DNA of 62,088 nt from Ancylonema sp. (Eukaryota), in contig JBFLGF010000123.1 in the NCBI GenBank assembly GCA_050230475.1, positions 1 to 62,088 of the forward strand. The letters run 5' to 3'. The notes beneath the pieces were generated by a model, which was given only the letters and a program-made list of their open reading frames with translations, was not told the DNA's origin and did no database searches. Of this stretch, positions 12,401 to 24,248 are shown piece by piece (within the stretch, counting starts at the first letter, position 1; each line of letters starts with the position of its first letter). The position numbers and the translations under genes were made by a program.

Positions 12401-15044
12401 TGGGGGAGGGGCGGTGGGGGGAGGAGGTCTGAGGGTCTAATGTGTTTGGATGGTTGGGCGGTTGGGCGGTTGGGGGGATGGGCGCAGGCTTTACGTGGAG
12501 GAGATTGATTTAGGGGAGGGGAGCGTGCGGCAGGTGGTCAGCGGGTTGGCTAAGTTCCTTACAGAGGAACAATTCCTGGTGGGTGTGGTAAACTTAAGGA
12601 AATAGGGGTAGGAGAGGGAGGGGGTTAGGTTGGAGGGGGGGAGGGGTGGAGGTGGGGGTGGGGGGGAGGGAGGATGGGAGATTGATTGGGGGGACCAAGT
12701 ATCAGGCTTGGGGGGTGGGAGGTTGAGAAATGGGTGGTGGGGAGTCGGAGGCGGGCAGATCGTGTATGCACATGTGTGTGTTCGGATGAATGAAAGTGCG
12801 CATGCGCATTTCCATGTTTTCTTGTTTGCAAGCATGCGGCTAGTAACGAATGCAGGCTGGTTTGAATAGTGGGTTGGATGGATAGATGGAGGGTTGAATG
12901 TAGGATATATGCGTGTACTCAGAGATCTAGTATGCATGTCTATGTGTATGTATGCGTGCATGTTGGAAGATACGTGTCTATATTCGCAAACTAGTACCAT
13001 CATAAAAAGTGAGGAAATGGGCGAACAAGGCTCCAGATTAGGAGTCCACTCACAGAGTTTGACAACCTAGAAGTATATCGGGAGAAGAAGTCAACTATAC
13101 TTCTGTAGAAACATCCAAACGTCTTCTATTCCTAGTTCTTGTCTCATGGCCCCTTGCGTGCCTCCCCCTTGTTTGCGAAATCCTCATACACGCAAACCTC
13201 GATATAAGAAACATCGTTATAAGAAACTCTTCGTTGTAGGCTGTAAGCCTCTCTGTTGCTACTTCTTTTCTACGATTTTATACTAAAAAACTGTGATATA
13301 TATAAGAAACATTCGTTATAATAACCTTTTTCCCCGAAAATTTCAGGTTTCCTTTATCGGGGTTTGAATGTTCTTGCACGCCAGTCCGTGGATTGCCGCG
13401 TCCATCCGTATACTTACTTTTCACTTACTTCCCCTAGCCCCCCCGTTTTGTCAATCTGCCGCTCAGGGTCGCAAGGTTTTAGTGATCGCAAACGTGAAGC
13501 CGTCCAAAATGCGCGATGTGGTCTCGTCAGGATTGGTGAGTGTCTAAAAGAACTTCCTCGCCTCCTTCTATATTTTCTCATTCTCCCATCTTATCTTCTT
13601 CTCCCATCTTACTTTCTTCTCCCATCTTACTTTCTTCTCCCATCTTATCTTCTTCTCCCATCTTATCTTCTTCTCCTTCTTCGCCTTCATATTCGTCTTT
13701 CCACGGCTCCGCCTCCCATCAATTTTTGTCATAATTTTACCAACAAACTATGTACAATGCCCTGCATCGTGCCACGTGTGCACTCTTATGTGTGGACTCC
13801 AACCCCAAATTCGTGTACACAACTATGACCACTCCCTATACCCGTCTTACCACAACATTTGGGGTTTTGCTACCGCCTTCAGGTTCTCTGTGCTTCTAAC
13901 GAGGAGCACACGGTGGTGGACCCGGTGGCCCCCCCAGCAAGGGCGGTGGTGGGGGAACGAGTCACCTTTGAGGGGTAAGGAGGGGGGGGGGCTTCGAAAC
14001 ACCATATTCCTCCCGTGTCTCCATAGAGACCTCTAGAACGTGCGGACTCTCTGTCAGGGGTTGCTCCATTCCTTGTGCTTTGGTGTTCACAAGATTCATA
14101 CAACCTTGCCCGTAAGATTTTTTGGTTTCCAACTCAACAATATTTGTTTAGAGAGGTTGGGTTGTAGGCCGAATCTAATCACATGTTGGAAATCGTATCA
14201 TACAGAAGCTAACGCAACAACTGTAGTTAACCAACGCAACAACTTTAGTTACTGTGTTAGCAACAAGTCTAGCAATGGAAAAAAAAGTTGATGGGTCACA
14301 TATTTTGTGAATGTTTTATGGGATGGAGATTATTACCATCCCTTACTTCTGCGCCCTCTGTATAGGCACAAAGAAAGGTTGGACCGTACAACAAACCGAG
14401 AAACAGGGAGTTGAAAAAATCGTAATGTCGAATGATTCTCAATCGTGTTTTCCTTCTTGTATGTCAATGCCCAAACAAAGCCAAAGCAACGGCTTGTTGT
14501 AACTTAGCTTCTTACGAAGTTTCTTTGGGGCTTTTCTTTTTTGGCAGCCATGACGGCCCTGCAGAGGAGCAATTGAATCCAAAAAAGAAGCAACTTGAGA
14601 AAATATTTCCGGTGAGTGAAAAAGTGGGGGATGTGAAGTTTAGGAAGCTTCCTCAACTTCAACTTGTTTGTTCAATGGATAGTTTGTTGTTGCGAAGAGT
14701 AAACGCAATTAGGCTTTACCCGGTTTCCAACCGGTGATTATTAGCCCTTGTAGCTAATATGTCTAGACTTTTTTTTGTATGTGTAATTCTATTTGTTTTG
14801 CAATGTGTAACAACTCGTAATGAGGATACATTCTTGTGTCGTGTATTTGGAAAGCATGGATTCAACGATGATGATGGCAAATTCTGTGATGATAATAATT
14901 GATTTTGTGTTCTCGGGATGTGGAACTTTGGGGTGACAGGATTTCAAGACAAACGCAGACTGTGTGCCGCAATATCAAGGCGTCGCATTTATGACCTCGG
15001 CTGGTCCTTGTACATCCTCACTGCCTCACGCCATTGTCAAATAG
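9493..15044 (+). CDS. Arc1p/AIMP1-like aminoacyl-tRNA synthetase cofactor (GST-like N-domain, Lys/Glu-rich linker, EMAP-II tRNA-binding domain)
   Basis: Exons 9493-9672, 10007-10138, 10325-10513, 10724-10789, 11203-11268, 11510-11940, 12488-12578, 13467-13535, 13883-13974, 14548-14611, 14940-15044; phases consistent. Motifs LNIHLATRSVLVG..TVADL, RWFDFVQ, DIRVGEV..VWKHPSADTLYVEEIDLGEG..RQVVSGL, NVKPSKMR..SSGLVLCAS, LNPKKKQLEKIFP. The first exon is less certain. Confidence 0.9.
10902..11082. mobile_element. MITE family B (TA-CAGT...ACTG-TA), intronic
   Basis: Terminal inverted repeats with TA flanks; reverse-complement homolog at 36868-37044. Confidence 0.85.
13187..13371. mobile_element. MITE family D (TACAC.CAAACCTCGATATAAGAA TIR), intronic
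   Basis: Imperfect TIR; related copy at 61572-61760 and a TIR fragment near 34730. Confidence 0.65.
13583..13675. repeat. 18-bp intronic tandem repeat, about 5 copies (CTCCCATCTTAYYTTCTT)
   Basis: Visible directly; produces the LLPSY repeats in spurious ORFs. Confidence 0.85.
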
Positions 15045-15280
15045 TGACGATTCTTTTTTGTTTATTGTGAATCATGGGTTTATATTTTTGCAAACACAAT
15101 TTCGTTTCTGTTCAAGACATGCACGACACCTCATGCCACCTTATGCCACCTCGTGCCACCTCATACTAACCCGGCAATTTGCAAATATTTTGAAAAACTA
15201 AACCGAATTTTCCTTGCTTGTACAAACGTCAATCGCTTTCTCAAAATGTAGAGATGTGCTTTAAATGTAATGTAGTCCTC

Positions 15281-15537
15281 TACCGTAGTGGCAAGAGATG
15301 ATGACCCGGAAATAATTTCGAGAAGGGTGGGTCAGGTCAAATCAAATAATTGTGTTTTGGGGGGTGGGTCTTGCATTGTATCCCGATATTTTGTAGAAAG
15401 TGGGTCACGGGATCTTGGAAAAGGGTTATGCTACTGAGTGAGTCAAAGGATTACCGTTCCTTAAGGGCAAGGGGGTGGGTCACTAAGATTAATTACATGA
15501 TTTTTTTTCCCCGGGGTTATCTCTTGCCGATACGGTA
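15281..15537. mobile_element. MITE family A-related
   Basis: TIR taccgtagtggcaagagat...atctcttgccgatacggta; internal aagggtgggtca.gtcaaa shared with family A. Confidence 0.75.
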
Positions 15538-15716
15538 TGTCGTTATTGGCTCAAGCTGTTCTGTCGTGTATTGTCATGTTATGGAAAAGACCATATTGTG
15601 AGAATCCTTCAAATTCATATTTGGTCCCGATCCTGATCCCGACACGGGAATTTTTGATCCCGCACCGATCCGGATCGGACTCGACGGAGTGTCGATCTAG
15701 ATTGGAGGCGCCAATG

Positions 15717-16847
15717 CTGGGTTGCACAATACGCAATACGCTATCAATACGCTGGGGTCACAATACGCCGTATTTCGCGTACCGTACTGGCCACACATAA
15801 TGACCCGCAAATAATTATGAGAAGGGTGGGTCGGGTCAAATTAAATAATTCATTTTTTCAAAAAAGTGGGTCATTCTATAATGTGGGTCACTAGACCAAA
15901 AAAAAAAAACAGGATTTTTAGAAAATTTATATTGGGTGCGCGGGTTGGGTCAAGTGGTGGTTTTTTAGTTAAATTAATTCGTTTCTTAAAATCCGGGTCA
16001 GTATGTATGGCCACTACGGTATTGAAAATTTCCGCGATTTGAAAATACGCGTATTGTCAATAAATATGCGCGTTTTCTCGATTTTAGACCCCACACATAT
16101 CCAGAAGTAGAATGGTAACATCGGGTGCCTAATCTAAATCAAATTGGCCATCAAATACGGAGACAATTATCCTTGAAATACATGGTAGGCGCATGTTTCA
16201 CCAAAACATGTGCAATTGTTTTGTTCATTTTGTCCGTGCGAGAATGGGGCATTCATTAATAGACCCACGCTTCTCATCTTCTCTCTTCTGTAAATTTGAT
16301 TGAAATTGCACACGCTTTGACCAATCTTTACTCCTTTTTCGTCTTTACTTGTCCCAAAAATGGATCAACCGGGGAATCCGTTTTTACTTGAGTATGGTAA
16401 ATGGAAAAAGTGGGAAAAATGGAAAAAAAAAAGTGGAATGCTAGAATCTAATGACGAATACAATACTTAAATCCAAGAAACAATGATTCACAATATCAAT
16501 TTAATGAGTCATACTTTTACTTCTACTCATAGTTTTACTACTCCTACTCCTAACTTTGAACTTGGACGGTCGGATGAGGTTTACTAGCGAGAATGAAGAT
16601 GATTTTTGTCGTGCGATGTAGTATCGAATAAGTTTCACTTTTGATATTCACTTTCAAACGACGTGGACCTCGCTTTGTTGTTTGCCTCCGAAAAATCAGC
16701 CATTCTTGCAATTTCATACCGAAAATTAATACAAGTTCAAAGTCTCGCGTATTTTTAAGCGTATTTCAGCGTATTGATACGCTGGGAGCACAATACGCGT
16801 GTTGAGCGTATGATAACTCAGCGTATTGTGCGTATTGTGCAACGTAG
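15717..16847. mobile_element. Non-autonomous hAT-like element with nested MITE
   Basis: TIR ctgggttgcacaatacgc / gcgtattgtgcaacgtag; subterminal AATACGC repeats; flanks cgccaatg / cgccaaac (6/8 TSD). Confidence 0.65.
15780..16021. mobile_element. MITE family A, full length, nested
   Basis: TIR taccgtactggccacacataatgacccg / cgggtcagtatgtatggccactacggta, TA flanks. Confidence 0.85.
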
Positions 16848-17347
16848 CGCCAAACATTACGTGAATCTCGACTAAAACATAGGCCAGAGGCACCCATCGA
16901 GGCGTAAAACCCCAAGAGACGATATTACTTTTGTTTTGTGAACCGTCGATTTGTGAACACCGCGAAACAGACCACGATTGGTGGGAATCCACATGCAATA
17001 CCGTTTGTGCTCCGCTATCTCCGGTATCCAACGTACTCGGAGCATTGCACACGCGCGCGCATACTATGACAATTAGCTTTTCGAATTCCGGGCGGTAGTC
17101 TCATATCAAAGTTACATTTGGGGCCCTACGGCCAACCGAATCGCCGACCGTCGGTTGGCCAATAATGTGAAATAAGACCTCTAGCCGACCGCCGATCCGC
17201 CGTCCAACCTCCACCGCCCGTTCAAGCGGTTGCAAGGAAGTGCGGTTGCAAGGTTGAGGTATTATTGTAACACCGTTGACCGGCAGTAAGCCAATATTTG
17301 GAGGCTGGCAGATTGACGGTCGGCAGTTGGGCCCAGCCGGCCGTAAC

Positions 17348-17550
17348 TACCGTGAACCCTTGATATAGTGACACTCGATGTAGTGACAGTCACGATATAG
17401 TGACATTTTTTTTGCCATTTTTCTAATCCTATATACAAACCCACTCTGTATAGTGACATTGGCTATAGTGACACACGTTATCGTGACCAAAAAATCCCGG
17501 AGTTTACTACACAGATGCCACTCTACAGTGAACCTGGTCTAGATTAAACT
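17348..17550. mobile_element. MITE family C, truncated left part
   Basis: Collinear with the left part of 38798-39346 (gatatagtgac repeats; ttttctaatcctatata.aaacccactct). Confidence 0.75.
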
Positions 17551-17597
17551 AGTTTACTGTTGTGCAAATTAATCACTTTGCAATTCTAATAGAAAAC

Positions 17598-18522
17598 CAT
17601 AGTTGCACGAACCGGCTGTTTTTTTTTCTGGAACCGGTTCCGAGATGGAACCGTTTCGGAACCGGTCGAACCGGGAGATTTGAAGGGTTTTACTCCTTAC
17701 CGCGGTATAACATTTTTTCCCTCCCAAAAAACGTACGCGGGGGAAATAAATCGTTGTAAATGTTCATATTGGTGACTCTACGTCATTTTGAGACGCTAAA
17801 ATTGTGAAAAAAAATATCGGAAAAATATGGCGCGGCCATTGTTAGTTTCAATTTGCTTTATTTCGCGCAGGACGTGGTGCATTTTCGTTGGCAGAAAACA
17901 ACACGCGACCTTCCACTATGAAAAACTTTGGAGAATGGGAAGGGATGTGAAATGTAGGAGAATGAGTAGGAAGAGAGTGGATATAAATGGATTGCCGAAG
18001 CTTTGAGTAGACGATTGACAAGAAAAGAGACATGGAAAGTTAAATCAAATGTCGAGTGGCAATACAAAACGGGTGACAACATTATGTCGCAACATTTTCA
18101 CATGGAATTAAAACACGGAATGGGAATGAAGAAAGATATATGGAATGGAGTTTATGGATGGTTGAAAAAAGATTGAAACTGAAAGTGGAACTTGTTAAGT
18201 AACTACTTTTACATAAATAGCAAGAAAGTGTGCACAGAATTGAGAAAAACAGAGAAATGCACCAACAGCAGGTAGATACACTCATGAGAAAAATCGTTTT
18301 GGTTTTTTTCACAACGTGCATCATTTTTTTTTTATTTTTTTTTGGATAGATCATGAAGTGGGACACAAAAAAAAACTATGTGTCGATTTTTCCGAGCTAT
18401 ATAGCCCCTCAAAATGCCGTTTAAGTGGGAAAACCCTAAATCCCGCGGTTCCGAACCGCGGCCACTTTTGTCGGAACCGGTTCCATCCGGTTCGGAAACG
18501 GTTCGGAGTTCGTGCAACTATG
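17598..18522. mobile_element. Non-autonomous hAT element
   Basis: 15-bp TIR CATAGTTGCACGAAC / GTTCGTGCAACTATG; perfect 8-bp TSD TAGAAAAC (17590-17597, 18523-18530); subterminal GAACCG repeats; no transposase. Confidence 0.92.
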
Positions 18523-18745
18523 TAGAAAACCTTCCGCTCGGTTTCGGGTCTTCACCCAAATTAATAATAGTCAGATTTCGCACTTCGTATTGTCTAAGTT
18601 AATATATGTTTTCCGGTCCCGACATTATGACTTCAAACATGTTTACCGTAGTTAGTGGATATCCGAAAAAACGCCGTTTATATTAATATCCTTCTTTCTA
18701 AAAACCCGGACTCGATCGTTGCGAACCCGATCCGATAGCTCAAAG

Positions 18746-20350
18746 TACCGTACCCGCCATATTTAATGCCCCAGCAAATCCCAAACGGAAATAATACATC
18801 GATGCCCCACCAATCCGCCCACCCCCCTGGAAATTAATCTTCATGCCCCACCATGCCGCCCACCCTTTCCCGACGGTTAATTACTGTACTGGGCACCCTG
18901 AATGATATTTGTTTTTCCAAAATTAGTCATTTTCGTAAATATTTTTTAAAATGATCCCGGGATTGCGTTAGTTATTATCGATGATTTCTGGTAATGAGTC
19001 CATGAATCCGTTAGTTACTATCAATGATTTTTGGGGATGATTCCGGATTGTAGGAATACAAAGTGTAAAAGATGTCCTTGGTTAGGAATTTAAAATCAAA
19101 TGATTTGTCCTTATCTGGGTCATTCTTACATATTTACCGTACATTTTGACGTCACAAGTGCACGTGGCAAGCACTCGTACTAGTCGCGATATCTCGACAC
19201 CGGTCACAATTTTGTCGTTATGGATGGTCTTAATTTGTCGTGTAGCGCGTCTAGTCGGTATTATTTCCCATATCCGGACTTCAGGGCCCGGTACGTAGTC
19301 TCTGACGTCGTAAATATCACTCGTCCAAAAATGTGTTCTTTTGCACGTGCCTACTTTGTCGTGTATCCCGTTTCATCACATCAAGAGTCACATCCAAGTG
19401 ACCCCAAATTTCCCGTAACGGGATTTATTGATGACTTTGAGTATCATTTTTTAACCATTTAGTAATTAATTTAAATGATTACTTTCGGGTTTCAATAATT
19501 AATTAAAAGTCATTTACGGTGCCCAGTACGGTATCTACAATCGCCCCACCCTGTACAGTGAAGACTTTCCTCAATTAATAAACCTTCTAATGTGCTATGT
19601 AATCTTCCACCCAAAATCTGACGTTTTGATGAATAGCCTGTTTTGATTTTGTTTTTGTGGGGGCCGGACAACATTAATTTAAACACGTTTTACCGTAAAA
19701 GGTGCGTTGTAATCAAAGTAGATGCTAAGATCCCTCTAATATTTATAAAATGTTCCTTTATAGGCCTCTAATAACATTCATATGTCCCTCCGTATCCTTG
19801 ATATCCCCAAACCTACGCATAAAAGCCCATGCATAATTTTTAATTTTCCGGACTTATGTAGGTCACTAGAAGTCCGTTTTGCCACCCATAACTTGGCTCA
19901 AAGCAACGAGCCCTGCTAGGAGATGGGGATGTTATGCATACGTTGAATCTCATTCGTTTAAAGGCGTGAATTTCAAACTAAATCACCGGAACTTGAACAT
20001 TTTATTCCCATGCTCATACAACAATATTTGCAAACTCTCTTCGGTGATCAGCATTATAAACATGATCCAGAAATTCTTTCCAACGACAATGAAAAATCAT
20101 CGTTACTTTCAACCTACCACTTTCTGTGAGGTGAGATACCTTAGTACTGGACGAAGACCTACAATTTTTCAAAAATAGTCACTTAACCCTCTGTAAAATA
20201 TATAAGCCCCATGCAACATTATAAACCGGGAATTAAAGATACTTAAGGCCCCAAGAGCCGACCTAGATATTAATATTTACTACCCGGAATTTCGCCCCAC
20301 TCGGAAATAAATAATTAATCTGTAGGTCATTAAATTTGGCGGGTACGGTA
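18746..20350. mobile_element. CCGTA-TIR non-autonomous DNA transposon (outer element)
   Basis: TIR taccgtacccgccatatttaatg / cattaaatttggcgggtacggta. Confidence 0.75.
18882..19533. mobile_element. CCGTA-TIR MITE nested in 18746-20350
   Basis: TIR tactgtactgggcaccctgaatga / tcatttacggtgcccagtacggta; related left ends at ~20438 and ~30915. Confidence 0.75.
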
Positions 20351-21021
20351 TCTAAATTTCACTTTCCCTCTACATACTATTTGGAGGGAAACTATATAAC
20401 AAACTAGAGAGGGAAACTATATAAACTATATAGTATATACCGTACTGGGCATCGTAAATGATTCCTATTTTTTCTCAAAACGAATTAATTTGTTAATGAT
20501 TTGGAAGAAAGATTCCGGGAATCCGGTTGTTATTATTGATGATTTTTGGCAATGATTTTTGGAAACCTACATACAAAAATCAAAACAAATCTTAAAAAAG
20601 AGAGAGACGCATTTTATTATGGCACGATGGGAACCGTATGCAAAAGGATCTCCATCACTGATGATCAACGAGACAGGAATTGCATGTGTGGAACGAATTA
20701 ATTATTGTGATCGCATAGGGGATCGTGATACCCGATGCGTTTTACATGTCGTTGTGTACTATTGACCGTCGGCCTATTGCTGAGTGACAACTCATCTACG
20801 TGTCAACGGCACATGCCGGACACTCTTGACATGACCAAAACAAACCAATCAAGACGCGTCAAGCAATAACGACTCTAAGTGTCGACAACAGATCAGGTGC
20901 CCGGACAGAATCGTGCCCGGCCCCGCAAATAAGCACATCTAGGAATATTGCTCCTAGGAATATTAACCGGTTACAATTGGACTAGCAAGCATAAGGTATG
21001 GCTATCCAAAGTGGCATCATT

Positions 21022-21300
21022 CCTAGTACAGTCGATTGTTGCCTGGTCAAAGAATCTACTGGTATTGAAACTACTTCGTCAACTGCCAATCATATCTAAG
21101 CATTCTGCCACAACAACAAGTTCTTATCGACACTTGTACCAGATGGCCAAGTAATCATTGAAACAAGGACATCGGCCTGCAGCCGGCCTGCCGCCTGCCT
21201 GCAGCCTGCATTTGCTGAATAACGACAAAACTAAAGCTAAATTATTCCCGGTATTGCTAAAATCGATACGACAAAAGTTCACAGCCCCTAAAAACTAACA
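21022..21300 (-). mobile_element. Partial solo LTR of the copia family at 47090-51227
   Basis: Near-identical to 47247-47525 and 50945-51227, ending in ...cccctaaaaactaaca. Confidence 0.92.
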
Positions 21301-22398
21301 TGTAAGTGTTGGGCACTTGCATCATGTATCATAACTTTTGCAAGATGCAAGATAATATATTTGCGGTTCCTCTTTTCTTATTGATATCGCAAAATACTGT
21401 GGCATGTAACGCTATGATCAAAAATTTAGCGTTTTGTGATGGGAATAAGTATTTGATGTCGCATGAACTTACCTTTGATGGCCGGATTGTAATACCATCG
21501 TCGAGCGTAAGAGATGTGATAGTCATCATTTTTTCATCTAAGTGTGGGCCTCCCACGTTATGGATCTAACGTCGCCGATAGGCTTGAATGTAAAAGCAAC
21601 AACCGTCAACGGAATGTCCCAATGACCACCCGAGATTACATAAGATCCCCTGAGATGTTTCCATCGAAAGTTTGCATATTCGTGTGTGTCGCTACCACTG
21701 GCAACGAGTCGTAAGCAACGAAAATCACTTTTCCTCAATATTATCACATGAAAGCTATATACCATCAATATGATTCGGGTACGGTGTTGGAAAGCCCGAT
21801 TTAGACATGTAGCTCCTATGTTGAATCGTGGGTAGTGTGCGGCAGTAATGAGGCATATGAGAATTTACATTAGTAAATTCTTTGGGCCCCCAGTCACGGT
21901 ATGAGAGAGCTTAGAGCGGGAATTTTCCACTTGTGTTCCCACGACTATGTAGCCCGGTTTATATCCTTGGATCCATCATGGATCATCCATGACGCGCTCA
22001 TTGGGGTCAGGGTAAAGCTTGGAATGCTTTGACAAGTGCTAGAAATGTTATCGATGCGTTTTCAAGCGAGTGGACATTTCATATTTGACAATAACGAGTG
22101 TACTTGTTTGAAGGGTCGTGGACAACAGTAGGGGTGTGTTGGCAAATAATAGTGCGCATAAGCCAGTTTACTTGAAGGTTAATAGGTAATGACTAGAGTG
22201 AATAACTCGCACGCATATTTTTGGATCGAGCTATAGCCACTGGAAAGATAGGTGATTACAATCTTACTCGTTTTCGCGAGGCTGAGTAATTCAATCGGCG
22301 AACGTCATACTATCGAGTTGGCCCATAGCGAAATACTGACCAATATGCAATACTTATCTTTAATACCAGTGAAGACCGGTGGCTCTCTGAGTGCCCTC

Positions 22399-23933
22399 TC
22401 ATATTTCATATTGGGCTCCCATAAGGAACTTGTACTTGCTTGCATCACTTGCGAAATAGCTCTCCAGCTAGAACCACAACAAAAAAAAATAATGAGTCAG
22501 TCTCTCATGATGTGAGTAATAATCAGACGGATTGGGAGATTATGCGATGACTGTCCTGAACAAAATGCTACAATGGAGAACGCAAATGAAATAGCAAACA
22601 CATAACCTGGACAGGCTACATCCGAGTCCACGTAAATGATTTTTTTGACGAGCCACCTTGACGTTTACCTGTCGTGCGCTTACCTGTTGTGCGCTGAGAG
22701 GACATCATGTGCTTTCACATAGGGTAGTTGTGGACAAGATGTCGCTGTATAGATAAGATGTCCCTATATGTGATGGACAGAACGTCCCTGTACCACATGC
22801 AAGAACCAAGTACTCCGCATGCTGACAAAAAAAGGCAAAGTAAATGCGAATGCGAATGCGAATGCGAATGCGAATCCTGTTCATGGTTGAAGTTGGAGGG
22901 CTTGGCGAGGGCAAAGAGCAGACCTGAGGCAGAGCTGCGAAATGTTTCAGGAATGCGAGGATGTTGGGGCACGTGTCCAGGCTGCCTGGCACCAGAGTGC
23001 GCTGGAAGTCTGCAGTCTCGTACAAAAGAAATTCTGGCCACGTCAGCTTAGACCCTGAGGTAAACGCTATGTCGTCAAGGTACTCCTCAATGCGCTTGGC
23101 ATGGTAGAACCACTTCTCCTTCTCCGTGGCGATAATCTCTGCATGGTTTTCTTTGTATGGAACACCTGCGCGTGGATAAGGGCAAGTATGGAGAGGCAAT
23201 GAAGGCTCGAAAAGTGGTGAACTATAACGACACAAGTCTTCCTGGAAAAAGATTACCTGCTCGGTAGAAAGATAGTAGGTTGCACATTCATGTTTCATTT
23301 TTTTGCTTGCTTGCACTTTCAAGTCAGCTCAGCGTGTACCTCATCTTGTGGTTGATAACTGTACGAAAAATGAGCACACTTTGCTGCCACCAAGAGCATG
23401 CTCGGAATGATGGAATGCGATTTTTAGTCAGGGACGCTGTCTAATAGAGGGACACAATGAATAAAAAGGTCGGACCAGCTGGTCCAAAAAACTTGCGGTG
23501 ATTGCAACTGCGAATGCGATAAGATTTTGATTTTTTGAACGTATGACGATTACATACTTATGTAATAATAAACCAGCAGGTAGGGAGGAAATTTACCATA
23601 CATAGGGCACCTCCAGTCATTGAGGACGTCAGCGAACATATCCAGTGTTGCTGCCATCTGTGGTGTGGAGCCACCAAGACCAAACTTATTCCCAAGGTAC
23701 CGCAAAATGGCGAGACTCTGTGTGAGTTTGAAATCCCCGTCAATCAGGTAAGGCAGGTTCGGGACGTCCAGTCCAAGGTTGAATTTCTTATCACTCCACA
23801 CCAGCTCAGGGGGAGTATCATACGCCAAGTTGTCGAATTTGGCGTCTACAAAATGGAGTAACATGCGACTGGGAGCTCCCCATCCCCGGATGGACCAGTA
23901 ACCAAGCTGCATCGGTTTCGAATCCGTCGGCAT
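22399..23933 (-). CDS. Glutathione S-transferase, Mu-class-like
   Basis: Exons 23933-23597 (alternative ATG 23975), 23165-22924, 22467-22399. Motifs LGYWSIRG, KFNLGLDVPNLPYLIDGDFKLTQSLAILRYLG, KLTWPEFLLYE, FAALPQ|LESYFAS. Confidence 0.9.
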
Positions 23934-24248
23934 CTCTGCCAGCCTGACTTTTTTGTCGGGCCTCGATTCTGACATGAAATGGCAAGTCACAGAATTACGT
24001 GCAGACCTGTCGCAAACTCCTCCTTGATGCGGAGACTAGCAAATTCTCACAGTTCAAGATGTTGGTACGAAATGTCCAGACTTGAGCTCTTCAAGACACG
24101 TGGCGAGCTGATAGTGGCGGACTGTGAGCGTAATTCTGACGCTGAAACGGAGGCAGAATTTGTTGCTGACTTGCCGCTTTCTAGAAAGTCGGCATGCATG
24201 ACAGTTTCTGCCAAGATCCGGCAAAACGGCCGGGACGGGCAGAATGAC

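Noticed and set aside
21306..22300. Short ORFs downstream of GST
   Set aside because: No recognisable family, interrupted by stops; GST already ends at 22399.
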